Source: Sulfurimonadaceae bacterium
GTDB lineage: Bacteria > Campylobacterota > Campylobacteria > Campylobacterales > Sulfurimonadaceae
Reading direction: 5' to 3'
DNA: 64,000 nucleotides
Assembly: GCA_041571435.1 (NCBI GenBank)
Contig: JBFFUI010000003.1
Span: forward strand, 61,585 to 125,584
Part shown: piece by piece, positions 39,225-48,689 of the stretch
How the letters are laid out: each line of letters opens with the position of its first letter
How positions within the stretch are numbered: the first letter of the stretch is position 1
Position numbers and translations under genes: made by a program
Notes under the pieces: model-generated
The model's database searches: none
Told to the model about the DNA's origin: nothing
Seen by the model: the letters and a program-made list of their open reading frames with translations, nothing else

Positions 39225-40079
39225 CTATAGACAGCGGACTCTCGTCACACGTAATGATTCGCCGAAAGCGGCGATAAAGATCATCTCCCCCTCACCTTGT
39301 TCAATGAACCTGTTAACTGCATAAAACGAGCCCGTCTCAAAGAAACCGCAGCTCTCTTCATAGCCAAAGCGCTCTTTTGCGGTGTCTCGTAACAGCGTGT
39401 CGATCAGCTCGTCACTGCAGCGCAGACCAAATCCCAACTTTACCGGTTCCTGCACACGTTCTAGATACGCCTTCAGTGCTGCAAGGTCCATACGCTCGTT
39501 TTCGACTTCTATCGAAGCCAATGCACCCTCTGTACGGGTGTTAAGCAACAGCCAATTGCTCCCCTCTCCCAAGATGCGGTCATCGCAGATGCCCAGAAAC
39601 TTTCTGGTGAAAGCGACTGGCTCCAGAAGTTCATCGACGCCGCCGACAAGGATCTGCTCCTCTTTGCCCAGCAAAAGATCGTTTTGGGCAAGCATCAACG
39701 TCATCTCTGCGACAAAACCGTGCTGCGCCAAATTCAAGTTTTTGCCGTGCAGGCCCAGTAACTGCGCCACATAAAAGCCTGCCGTATTACTCAACGAGTT
39801 GATAAAATCGACCGGTTTCGGCGGCTGATGATCAATGTAGCGCTGATCGCGAAGACGGTTAAATACGGCAAGGTTACCCTGTCCCGAAGCCATGTAGAGT
39901 GCTGTCTGAGATTCGATCGGGCTGCCACCCACAGCACGATGAGCACCCAGCATTGCCATCTGAATGAAACGGTCTGTACGCCGTACCATCTTGGGCGTTA
40001 CCGCTTTCATAGCCGCCTTGACATCGAGTTCTTCACCCTCTTTACGGTTCAACATACCGATGTTATGGGCATAGATCAT
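39225..40079 (-). CDS. Second CLF-like (KS N-terminal) protein
   Basis: RRTDRFIQMA, PKPVDFINSLSNTAGF, GEG; no complete catalytic triad recognised. Confidence 0.72.
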   Translation of the reverse strand: MIYAHNIGMLNRKEGEELDVKAAMKAVTPKMVRRTDRFIQMAMLGAHRAVGGSPIESQTALYMASGQGNLAVFNRLRDQRYIDHQPPKPVDFINSLSNTAGFYVAQLLGLHGKNLNLAQHGFVAEMTLMLAQNDLLLGKEEQILVGGVDELLEPVAFTRKFLGICDDRILGEGSNWLLLNTRTEGALASIEVENERMDLAALKAYLERVQEPVKLGFGLRCSDELIDTLLRDTAKERFGYEESCGFFETGSFYAVNRFIEQGEGEMIFIAAFGESLRVTRVRCL

Positions 40080-41218
40080 CTGGAAGCCTTTTCGATAATG
40101 AACGACGTGTTGTTGCCGCCGAAACCAAAATAGTTCAACATAAACAGGCCGCTGTCACAAGGCATTTTTTCCTGTAACGGTGCCAACTGAAGTGTTTCGT
40201 CACAGTTTGAAAAGTTCGGCGAACTTGGGACAAAACCCGCATCCACACACTCGAGTATCAAAAGCAATTCGCTTGAACCACAGCTGCCCAGAGTGTGGCC
40301 GATATAAGGCTTTAACGAGAAAAAAGCAGGAGTTTGCGCAAAAGCCATCAGCATACCGTTCATCTCGGCCTGATCATTTAATGTACTCGCCGTTCCATGG
40401 GCCTTTACCGCACTTATCTCGTTCTGTTGTACACCTGCTTTTACCAGTGCCGCCTTAATGACCTGACTGATACCGACGCCGTTTGGATTTGCCCCGGTCA
40501 CACTGTGCGTTTCGCAGTTGCTGACGCCGCCACGGAAATACCAAGATGCATCTGCAATATCATCACGGCTGAGAAAGAGCGCACTGACAGCCTCTCCCAG
40601 CAAGATACCCTGGCGATCTCTGTCAAAAGGGGCAATTTTGTCCGGAGAGAGGAGCTGCATGGAGGCAAATCCCTCAAAGGTAACCGGTGCGAACATCTCC
40701 ATCCCGATGACAAGTGCATAGTCGATCACCTCGCCTTCGAGCATCGATGCCGCATCCAAAACGGCATTGGCGCTTGATGTACAGGCCGTGTTATAGGTCA
40801 ATGTAAAATCGTGCAGACCGAAACGTTTGATTAGCTGCTCTGCATAGTAGCCGTTACCGATCCGTTCACAGGCGATCACCGCCTCTTGCGAACCGTCAAA
40901 GTTCTTACCCAGCGGGAGGCTCAAAGAGAGATCATTCGACGAACTGCCTAAAAAAAGACCGCACCGTTTAAGCTGCTCAGACGTCAAGCCTATTTTATCG
41001 ATCGCCTTTTGAACGACCTCTTCAAGATAATGCAGCGGTATGTTTACAGCGCTGTTGCGCTTACCGTCGTCGATGTTGTAGTAAGCGTAGGAGAGTGTCT
41101 CGCCGTTAAGCACCATGCTCTTGTCGACCGTGCGGTATGTCCCCTCTGAGAGATGCCTTAGACGCTCTTCTTTATTGCCTAGAGCACTGTATATCTCACC
41201 GCCGAGTATCGTTATCAT
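40076..41218 (-). CDS. Beta-ketoacyl-ACP synthase
   Basis: TACTSS, KAHGT, KPYIGHTLG, NYFGFGG. Confidence 0.9.
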   Translation of the reverse strand: MITILGGEIYSALGNKEERLRHLSEGTYRTVDKSMVLNGETLSYAYYNIDDGKRNSAVNIPLHYLEEVVQKAIDKIGLTSEQLKRCGLFLGSSSNDLSLSLPLGKNFDGSQEAVIACERIGNGYYAEQLIKRFGLHDFTLTYNTACTSSANAVLDAASMLEGEVIDYALVIGMEMFAPVTFEGFASMQLLSPDKIAPFDRDRQGILLGEAVSALFLSRDDIADASWYFRGGVSNCETHSVTGANPNGVGISQVIKAALVKAGVQQNEISAVKAHGTASTLNDQAEMNGMLMAFAQTPAFFSLKPYIGHTLGSCGSSELLLILECVDAGFVPSSPNFSNCDETLQLAPLQEKMPCDSGLFMLNYFGFGGNNTSFIIEKASR

Positions 41219-41224
41219 TACACG

Positions 41225-41494
41225 CTACTCAGGCTGAATATAGTCGGCAAGATTGTTGATGGTCGTCACGACCCGGCGAAAATCTTTTGAGTCGCCAAGA
41301 CGGACTTGAAACTGGTTTTGCAGGCCCATTGAGATCTGCAGGGCGTCAAGAGAATCCAGTTCCAAGCCACTTTTGTCGGAAAACAGTTCGACATCATCGG
41401 CCACCTCTTCCGGCGTGACATCCTCTTTTTCACACTCTTCGATGATCATCGTTTTAAGACGCAACTTCAGTGCATCATCTTGGGAACCTATCAT
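41225..41494 (-). CDS. Acyl carrier protein (DarC-like by position)
   Basis: LELDSLDALQI. Confidence 0.88.
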   Translation of the reverse strand: MIGSQDDALKLRLKTMIIEECEKEDVTPEEVADDVELFSDKSGLELDSLDALQISMGLQNQFQVRLGDSKDFRRVVTTINNLADYIQPE

Positions 41495-42681
41495 GCCACT
41501 CTCCTTATCTTATAGTTAAATATCCCTGCTGCTATGATGAGTGAGACCAGTCCAAACAGTAACAGCCCCACCACTTCATACATCACATCGCTCAGATTGC
41601 CGCGGCGCAAAAAGACGTCCAAGAAACCCTCAAGGCCCCATGACATCGGTGAGACATTGGCAAAATCCTGCATAAAGTCCGGCATAACAAATTTCGGGAC
41701 CATCACACCGCCGATCGCTCCCAGAAGTATGTTGATAATGCCGCCGATCGTAGTCGCCTGCTCAACACTGTCGACTATGACTGCGATCAAGATTGAAAGT
41801 CCGATAGCCGAAAGACTCAAAGAGAGTGATACGGCCATCAAAGCAGTGATGTCACCGCCTATTGTCAATGGTGCCGCTCCGAAAAGCGGGACGATGAACA
41901 TGCCGACCGCTATCATCACCCAGACCTGCAGCTGGTTGATCAGCATATACGGAATGATCTTTCCGCCAAACAGGACCGCCAGAGAGACATTCATCGTGCT
42001 TAGACGCATCAAGGTGTTCTGTTTGCGCTCGCTGATAAATATCGTCGACATCGGTATGATAACAAAAAATAGACCGAAGACGATCCACGACGGCACACTC
42101 TGCTGGGTCGATGTCGGTTTTTCATCTTCCTCCAGCGCGGCGTAATGGATCTTCATCATGTTTGCTTCATCAAATTCTATTTTTTTTGCCTCTGTCTCAT
42201 GACCGCGTATGCCGGCCTGCATCTCCTGTGCAAGGTTGACAGCATCCAGTCGCACCTGCATGACACTGCTCAATATCTGTGTTTTCAAGAGCATTAGATG
42301 ACTCTGCCCGATATCTGATGCCACTTCGATCTGAAGTGCCGAGTTGTTGGCTTCGTTCTGTGTAAACTGGGACTTGAACCCTTGTGGTATGACAACGATA
42401 AACTGGACGCCCTCTTCTTTCGGTGTCGAAAAGGTGTCGCTGATATTATGCTCGTTCATCAGTTTGTTGGCACGGAGCTTGGATGTCAGGGAGAAGCTCT
42501 CCAGAGAGTTGTCCCGGTCGACGACTGCATATTCGATCAGGGCCTTCTCTTCGTTAAAGACATCTTTGAGTGCCAATGACATGATCAGGATAAAGACGGC
42601 CGGCATCACGAACAGTGCCGCAAGCGCGTGTTTGTCACGAGAGACCAGCAAGAACTCTTTGATCAGCATCGCTTTAAACAT
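41491..42681 (-). CDS. ABC-2 type permease
   Basis: KEFLL..RD, TM1 + extracytoplasmic loop + 5 TM, ERKQNTL.R, GG..VP. Confidence 0.9.
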   Translation of the reverse strand: MFKAMLIKEFLLVSRDKHALAALFVMPAVFILIMSLALKDVFNEEKALIEYAVVDRDNSLESFSLTSKLRANKLMNEHNISDTFSTPKEEGVQFIVVIPQGFKSQFTQNEANNSALQIEVASDIGQSHLMLLKTQILSSVMQVRLDAVNLAQEMQAGIRGHETEAKKIEFDEANMMKIHYAALEEDEKPTSTQQSVPSWIVFGLFFVIIPMSTIFISERKQNTLMRLSTMNVSLAVLFGGKIIPYMLINQLQVWVMIAVGMFIVPLFGAAPLTIGGDITALMAVSLSLSLSAIGLSILIAVIVDSVEQATTIGGIINILLGAIGGVMVPKFVMPDFMQDFANVSPMSWGLEGFLDVFLRRGNLSDVMYEVVGLLLFGLVSLIIAAGIFNYKIRRVA

Positions 42682-43597
42682 CAGCCCGTCCTTTCGATGT
42701 CAAGTTGATAAACAGTGACTCCAGCGTGGTTGTGCCGTATCGGATATTGCGCACAGCAATATCATTCGCTTCCAGCAACGCCAGTGCCTCGCCAACATGA
42801 GCGCTCTCTTTGCCTTTGAGCATCAAAGACCCCTCGTCAATAACCCTCAACGTTTCCATCGTATTGCAACACGTTTGCAACTGCGCCAACGGTGTCTCAT
42901 ATACCTCGATAATGATCTCATCGGCACTCTCGTTGCTAAGCATACTTTCGATGCTGCCCTGCTTGATGATCTTTCCGGCATTGATGATCGCCACCTCATC
43001 ACAGATCTTCTCGATCTCCGGCATATAATGCGAGGTGTAGACGACCGTCTTATTTGCCTCTTTGAATGACATGATCGTCTCCAATATCTCGTTGCGTGAT
43101 TCAGGATCGATACCGACGGTCGGTTCATCAAAGAAAAGAATATCCGGATCGTTAAGCAGACCGATAGCAATGTTGAGACGACGCTTTTGTCCGCCTGAAA
43201 GGGTGGCCGCCTTTTGATGCAGCATAGAGCCCAGACGGTTTGTCTCTACAGCATATGCGATGTTTTTCTTCAACGCCTCCGCGTCGATGTTCTGGATGCC
43301 GCCAAAAAAATTAAGGTTTTCGATAACCGTAAGGTTTTCATAAAAAGCGAGTGTCTGGGGGATAAGCGCACACCGCTTGCGGATTGCCGGCAGCTCTTTG
43401 TTCAAAGGAAAACCGAAGACACTCACCTCGCCTTCGTCATATTTTGTCAAGCCGTTGAGTATCGATATCAGCGTTGTCTTACCGGCGCCGTTTGGCCCTA
43501 AAAGACCAAAGATCGTCCCCGCTTTTATCTCCAGAGTTAGATGGTCCAGTGCCACCTTTTCACCATAACGCTTGAGCAGGTTTGTGATCTTGACCAT
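42674..43597 (-). CDS. ABC transporter ATP-binding protein
   Basis: GPNGAGKT, LSGGQ, DEPT, H-loop. Confidence 0.95.
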   Translation of the reverse strand: MVKITNLLKRYGEKVALDHLTLEIKAGTIFGLLGPNGAGKTTLISILNGLTKYDEGEVSVFGFPLNKELPAIRKRCALIPQTLAFYENLTVIENLNFFGGIQNIDAEALKKNIAYAVETNRLGSMLHQKAATLSGGQKRRLNIAIGLLNDPDILFFDEPTVGIDPESRNEILETIMSFKEANKTVVYTSHYMPEIEKICDEVAIINAGKIIKQGSIESMLSNESADEIIIEVYETPLAQLQTCCNTMETLRVIDEGSLMLKGKESAHVGEALALLEANDIAVRNIRYGTTTLESLFINLTSKGRADV

Positions 43598-44601
43598 TAG
43601 AACGCCGTCAGCATTTTTTTGTAGACTGTCGCTTCTTCATCAGCAATAGATTCAAGCTTTTTGGCGATAGCATCGAAATCGACCGTTTCGCTCTTCTTGG
43701 AACGGATCGACTTGGCGATCAGAAGCGCAAACTCGCGCCAGCTGTCGCCCACTGCCGTCATCATATCCGAGGCTTCCAGCAGTGTCTCGTTGGAGAGAAT
43801 CTTTCCACTCTCTTGTAAGAACGAGGCATAGATGTAACGGAAGCCGGCACCGCCGGTACCGATCTCTTCTTGCATTCTGACAATATGCCCTAAAAAGAGC
43901 CTGGCATAACGGCGATCTTTTGACTCCAGTTTACGGATAGCTTTCGCTAGCGTTCGTATCCCTTTCAGACCAGCTATCGGTACCGGCGTTTTCAGCATTC
44001 GCTTAGCCACTGTTTTAACCGCTTTGGGAACAACGCGTTCATAATCTATCGTTTCCGGAACATGTACTGGGTAATAGAGCGCCCCTTTAGGTGCCATGAC
44101 ACCTTTGGCAAAACGTGCTTTCAAAAACTCTTGTTCATTGGCTTCTACCACATCATCAAGTACCGGATCGCTGATCTTATAGATCGCATCCTGCTTTGCA
44201 TAGACAAGTAGATTGTGGCCATTAAAGTGAAAACGCATCTCCTCAGGCAGGTACGGCAACCAGAAAACCGATGTCTGTGCACCGACGATCCTGCCCTCTT
44301 TTAAGAGTACATCAAGACGTTCTTCCCCCTTCTTCGGCTGAGAAAACGTTTCAATCTTCATCTTGACCCCGAGGTTTTTTTGCAACCCTTTGATGATCGC
44401 TTTGGGAATCGATCGATATGCGATCAACGGCATACCTGCAAGCTTGATAAACGGCAGATAGGCAAATGTCAAAGCACTCGACAGGCCAAACGCCATCGGT
44501 TCGCTCAAGGGCAGCCCATGATGCGACAGCATCGTCGACATCACACCGCTTTCGCAATGTCCGGCATGTTGGTGTGTAAACTCTTTAGTTGGAATTGACA
44601 A
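43597..44601 (-). CDS. BtrH-like / DUF4872 cysteine peptidase-fold protein
   Basis: HCESG, SEPMAFG, HFNGH, SDP, QEEIGTGGAGFR. Confidence 0.8.
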   Translation of the reverse strand: MSIPTKEFTHQHAGHCESGVMSTMLSHHGLPLSEPMAFGLSSALTFAYLPFIKLAGMPLIAYRSIPKAIIKGLQKNLGVKMKIETFSQPKKGEERLDVLLKEGRIVGAQTSVFWLPYLPEEMRFHFNGHNLLVYAKQDAIYKISDPVLDDVVEANEQEFLKARFAKGVMAPKGALYYPVHVPETIDYERVVPKAVKTVAKRMLKTPVPIAGLKGIRTLAKAIRKLESKDRRYARLFLGHIVRMQEEIGTGGAGFRYIYASFLQESGKILSNETLLEASDMMTAVGDSWREFALLIAKSIRSKKSETVDFDAIAKKLESIADEEATVYKKMLTAF

Positions 44602-45009
44602 TTAGGACTCTCTTTCTGGAAGTTGTTTTAACATGTCGACAGTGATCCCCATCACATCGGCATAACGCGCTAGCAGCTTATCTGAAAGCTTGGCAAAAAT
44701 GGCCGGTCTGAAGTGACGTTTGATCCGCCATTGAAAAAGACCGGTTGCTTGTGACAGGGATAGAAGATCAAGACGCTTGTCATACATATGAAACTCCAGC
44801 GGGGAGACCTCTCCATTGACACAGGCATCATACGCTTCATCAGCCAATCGCTTCAACTCTGCTACCGCCTGTTGGGTCGCCTCTTCTTCGACATCCCAAC
44901 CGCTGGAAGCAACAACACCGTATTCACCATCTTCGCCTGTTGCGTAGATGGCACGTTTTGCACCACGATAAATACTGTTATTATCTTGAGGGACCTCTTG
45001 CTCTTTCAT
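44602..45009 (-). CDS. Hypothetical protein of DAR/flexirubin-type clusters
   Basis: EVPQD, SSGW, SPL, WRIKRH; sits between darB and the BtrH-like gene. Confidence 0.65.
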   Translation of the reverse strand: MKEQEVPQDNNSIYRGAKRAIYATGEDGEYGVVASSGWDVEEEATQQAVAELKRLADEAYDACVNGEVSPLEFHMYDKRLDLLSLSQATGLFQWRIKRHFRPAIFAKLSDKLLARYADVMGITVDMLKQLPERES

Positions 45010-45011
45010 CT

Positions 45012-46160
45012 TCAGACAACCTCTAGCTGCATAAAGGACGTTGAAAAACGGCCGCTTTCAGGGATGTAGCAGAGCAGTTTCTCACCCACATTCAGCTTTC
45101 CGGAATGGAACAGTTCTTCAAGCATGATATAGATCGATGCCGAACCGGTATTGCCTTTGTATGGCAGATTGGTAAACCACTTATCTTGGGTGATGTCGCA
45201 ATTTGCCTCTTTCATCCCAGCGTAGACCTTGTCACGGAAATAGCCTGACGAGTAGTGCGGTAGAAAATAACTGATCTCATCCGGGTTCAACGTCCCCTTT
45301 TCAATCAGTTCCTGCAGCGGTTTGGTTACCGTATATTCAATGATCTTCTCGTTCAGTAGTTTGACATCCTGCTTGACCGAGAAGATAGACTCCGTCAACC
45401 ACTCTTGCGGTTTATATTCACGCCACCCCTTGAGACTACCGTCTTCCTGTTTCTCGCAACCGGCATACATACAGGCATCAAGCTCATTCGCATACGACTT
45501 TTGAACGATCCAGTCGATCTTGAGTGAGATACCTTCTGCGTTTGGCTGATCGCTCATCAAGACAGCGCCTGCACCGTCACTGAGCATCCAGCGCAAAAAA
45601 TCCTTCTCAAACGCGATCTCAGGCTGACGCTCCAGTTTCTCAACGCGTGCATCGACCTCTTCTTCAAAGTTTTGCGCCCGCATTACCGAAGAGGCATTCT
45701 CAGAACCTGTTGTAACGGCGTTTTTGCTTTGGCCGCTCAATACCGACATATAGCCGTATTTAAGCGACATTGTTCCAGAGAGACAGATACCTGCCGTTGC
45801 GATCACTTCACAACTGGGGATGCCCAGTTCGCCGTGGACCATCAAAGCATGGTTTGGCAGCAGCTGGTCAGGCAGTGTCGTCCCGCAAGCCAACAGCTCG
45901 ATCGTATTGATATCAAAGGTGTCTGAATGAAGCTTACGGATCGCTTCTGCCGCTATCTGCGCATTGGTATGGGTTATCTCACCGCTTTTTTTGTCAATGG
46001 CATAGTGACGCGACTTGATCTGATTGGAACGCAAAATAAGTTTTTTAGCACGAGAGGGGCGTGTTCCGACTTGACCCAATACATCTTCAATCTCACTGTT
46101 ACTGACCGCTTCATTCGGCAAAAATGCCTGAATATCATTTATATAAACGTTTTTACTCAC
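45012..46160 (-). CDS. darB: DarB/StlD ketosynthase III-type condensing enzyme
   Basis: GICLSG, FLRWMLSDGAGA, KQD, PHYSS, GNTGSAS, PESGRF. Confidence 0.9.
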   Translation of the reverse strand: MSKNVYINDIQAFLPNEAVSNSEIEDVLGQVGTRPSRAKKLILRSNQIKSRHYAIDKKSGEITHTNAQIAAEAIRKLHSDTFDINTIELLACGTTLPDQLLPNHALMVHGELGIPSCEVIATAGICLSGTMSLKYGYMSVLSGQSKNAVTTGSENASSVMRAQNFEEEVDARVEKLERQPEIAFEKDFLRWMLSDGAGAVLMSDQPNAEGISLKIDWIVQKSYANELDACMYAGCEKQEDGSLKGWREYKPQEWLTESIFSVKQDVKLLNEKIIEYTVTKPLQELIEKGTLNPDEISYFLPHYSSGYFRDKVYAGMKEANCDITQDKWFTNLPYKGNTGSASIYIMLEELFHSGKLNVGEKLLCYIPESGRFSTSFMQLEVV

Positions 46161-46168
46161 TACTCTCG

Positions 46169-47083
46169 CTACCTTCCAGATGGTTCTTCATAATATTTTA
46201 CACTCTTTTCAATGGCCTCTTTACGCCATGGATAGATCAATTTTCTGACCAGTATGTTCAATGGCACAATCGTCAATACCAAGGTTGCCAAAAACAGTGC
46301 ATAGATCGTGATAACGATCTTGCGCGCAAATGAACCGGGGCTGCCCGCTTTTTGGATCAGTTTACCCCAGACCAGAAAGGAGCGTGTCGCGATCTTCTCT
46401 GTGCCGACCAGCTTGCCGTTTACCGTAACGGCACCCATCTTTTTCAACAGCGGCTCTTTTTTCTTCTCTTCGTCATTTCCAAGGGCCTCAAGCAGACGGC
46501 TGCCAAAACGGGCACTCGCTTTCATATCCTCGTCTGAAACTCCGGCAGCCGGGAAGCCCCAAAAGGGATCTTTTTTACCGGTCAGCAGCCATCTTGGAGT
46601 GGTAATAAAGGCATAAATCGAACCACCCTGGTCTGTCAACACGACATTGTCGATGAGTGTCGCACCGACATCACTGATAAGCTTTTTCATCTTCTCCTGC
46701 GCCATCACCCACATGTCTCTACAGGCGATCAGTGTCACCACTGGCTTGTCTTTAAACAGCTGTTTGGCCTGCTCGCTCTGCATAAACCCCGTTACGGGGA
46801 TAGACGGGGCCAGGAACCAGATCGTATACCCTAAAATGATCAGGTCATAATCATCTGCCAGATCAGCGATCGGTTTGACATCGCATCCATTCATATAGAT
46901 CGCTTCGGGAAAAGCATCAAAAAAGGGATAAAACGGCCACGGATACGGGTACTTTACAACCGGTTCTATTTCACGATAATCGACCTGTACATCATCACTC
47001 ACTTTTAACGGTCCGGTTACAGACTCCACCATCCTTGTCAACTGACCACTCTGCGAATAATAAAGAACTAAGACTCTTTTCAT
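46169..47083 (-). CDS. darA: Dialkylresorcinol synthesis protein DarA (aromatase)
   Basis: YYSQSGQL, YPYPW...FFDAFPE, WFLAPS, ACRDMW; start moved to ATG 47083. Confidence 0.9.
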   Translation of the reverse strand: MKRVLVLYYSQSGQLTRMVESVTGPLKVSDDVQVDYREIEPVVKYPYPWPFYPFFDAFPEAIYMNGCDVKPIADLADDYDLIILGYTIWFLAPSIPVTGFMQSEQAKQLFKDKPVVTLIACRDMWVMAQEKMKKLISDVGATLIDNVVLTDQGGSIYAFITTPRWLLTGKKDPFWGFPAAGVSDEDMKASARFGSRLLEALGNDEEKKKEPLLKKMGAVTVNGKLVGTEKIATRSFLVWGKLIQKAGSPGSFARKIVITIYALFLATLVLTIVPLNILVRKLIYPWRKEAIEKSVKYYEEPSGR

Positions 47084-47237
47084 AACCACCCATAAATCTA
47101 CCAAAAATTTTAATAAGGATTTTACCCTATGTGCCCATAAAATATAATAAGTTCTGTTTTTGACGAGCAAATATCTTTTCAGTGCATATAGAGGTCATCT
47201 CTACTATAATAGGCCTATAACTCTCTGAAGGAAATAC

Positions 47238-48308
47238 ATGTTTGACACTGATAAGCTTAGTTCGCTGGATGCACTGATGGAGGCACAAAAAATTGCGCAT
47301 GCCCCGATCATTTTCCAAGTAGCCAATCTGCTTCGTGAATGGGGGATTTTAAAACTCCTTTATGAAAACAAAAAAAGCGGGATGAGTGTTGACGAGCTGG
47401 TGGCCGCAACAGATATCAGCGAATACGGTATCAAGGTACTCTGTGAATCAGGCTACAGTATGGGTGCCCTGAAATTTGTGGAGAATCGGTATCACATTAC
47501 TCGAATCGGTTTTTTTCTTGCGTATGACGAGATGACAAATGCTAATTTCAACTACTCCCAGGATGTCAACTATTTCGGTATCCATGAGCTGGGTGATGCC
47601 ATTAAAGAGGGGCGTCCTGCCGGTCTACAAAAATACTTTAACAAAGATTGGGAGACGATTTATCCCTATCTGACCGAGCTTCCGGAGAAGGCAAAAGAGA
47701 GCTGGTTCGGGTATGACCACTTCTATTCCGACTCCGCCTTTAAGACCCTGGTCGATCTGATGGCAGAGCGCAAGCCGAAAAAGATCCTCGACATTGGCGG
47801 TAATACCGGAAAGTGGGCCATCGCTATTACCTCTGCTTCTCCAGGAACCGAAGTGACCATCTGTGATCATCCGCTGCAGATCAAGACAGCATTTGCCAAT
47901 GCTGAAGAGGCCGGTGTAAAAGAGAGGGTTCATGGTGAGGTCATGGACCTGCTTGACCACTCAAAACCGTTTCCAAAAGGCTTCGACGTCGTCTGGATGA
48001 GTCAATTCCTGGACTGTTTTCCGCCCGAAGACATCATCGCCATTCTACAACGTGCAAAAGAGGCCTTGAGCGAAGATGGGCGTATCCATATCATCGAGCC
48101 CTATTGGGACCGTCAACAGCATGAGATCGGTGCCTACATCCTCATCAACTGTTCACCCTACTTTACCGCCTTGGCCAATGGAACGAGCAAGATGTACCGT
48201 GCTGAAGACATGCACGAATATATTGATGCTGCAGGATTGGAAGTGGATGAAGAGATCGACAGGTTGGGTTTTGGTCATACAATGACCTCGTGTAAGAAAA
48301 AAAGCTGA
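47238..48308 (+). CDS. SAM-dependent methyltransferase (aryl polyene ApeB/ArcB-like)
   Basis: AQKIAHAP, DHFYSD, LDIGGNTG, WMSQFLDCF, ANG.SKMY. Confidence 0.87.
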   Translation: MFDTDKLSSLDALMEAQKIAHAPIIFQVANLLREWGILKLLYENKKSGMSVDELVAATDISEYGIKVLCESGYSMGALKFVENRYHITRIGFFLAYDEMTNANFNYSQDVNYFGIHELGDAIKEGRPAGLQKYFNKDWETIYPYLTELPEKAKESWFGYDHFYSDSAFKTLVDLMAERKPKKILDIGGNTGKWAIAITSASPGTEVTICDHPLQIKTAFANAEEAGVKERVHGEVMDLLDHSKPFPKGFDVVWMSQFLDCFPPEDIIAILQRAKEALSEDGRIHIIEPYWDRQQHEIGAYILINCSPYFTALANGTSKMYRAEDMHEYIDAAGLEVDEEIDRLGFGHTMTSCKKKS

Positions 48309-48363
48309 TCAAAAACCCTTTCTGTAGAAGAGAAGGTTCTAAGATAGCGCAGAAACAGAGTAT

Positions 48364-48621
48364 TTACGCCTTTTTCTGCTCGTTAATAAAGTTACAGAGT
48401 GATTCGGCCGTTGCAAAGATCGTCTCTGCATCGGCAATATTTGTCACTTTGACACCAAACTCTTTCTCGATCACCAGTGTCAATTCGATCGCATCGACAG
48501 AGTCAAGACCAAGACCGTCATCACCAAAAAGCGGATCCGTATCGCTGATCTCGCTTGCATCAATATCTTCTAGATTGAGACCTTCTATGATTTTCTCTTT
48601 TAAAACATCAGTAGTTACCAT
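48364..48621 (-). CDS. Acyl carrier protein (ApeE-like)
   Basis: PLFGDDGLGLDSVDAIEL. Confidence 0.92.
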   Translation of the reverse strand: MVTTDVLKEKIIEGLNLEDIDASEISDTDPLFGDDGLGLDSVDAIELTLVIEKEFGVKVTNIADAETIFATAESLCNFINEQKKA

Positions 48622-48689
48622 GTTGTACCCTATTATTTTTTATTGAAGTAGTGTAGCACAGACACGTTTAGATAGGGTTAAAAGTGTTG

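Larger units (their letters stand above)
21895..48621. other. Aryl polyene / dialkylresorcinol (flexirubin- or arcuflavin-like) type II PKS biosynthetic gene cluster
   Basis: Co-located KS/CLF pairs, 4 ACPs, FabG, two hotdog dehydratases, MIO ammonia-lyase, AMP ligase, GT2, two acyltransferases, MMPL, LolA-like, ABC exporter, DarA, DarB, methyltransferase, FAD enzyme. Confidence 0.88.

Noticed and set aside
21853-48689. PKS cluster as a recent mobile island
   Set aside because: No integrase, transposase, tRNA site or flanking direct repeats were seen, and the composition resembles the flanks
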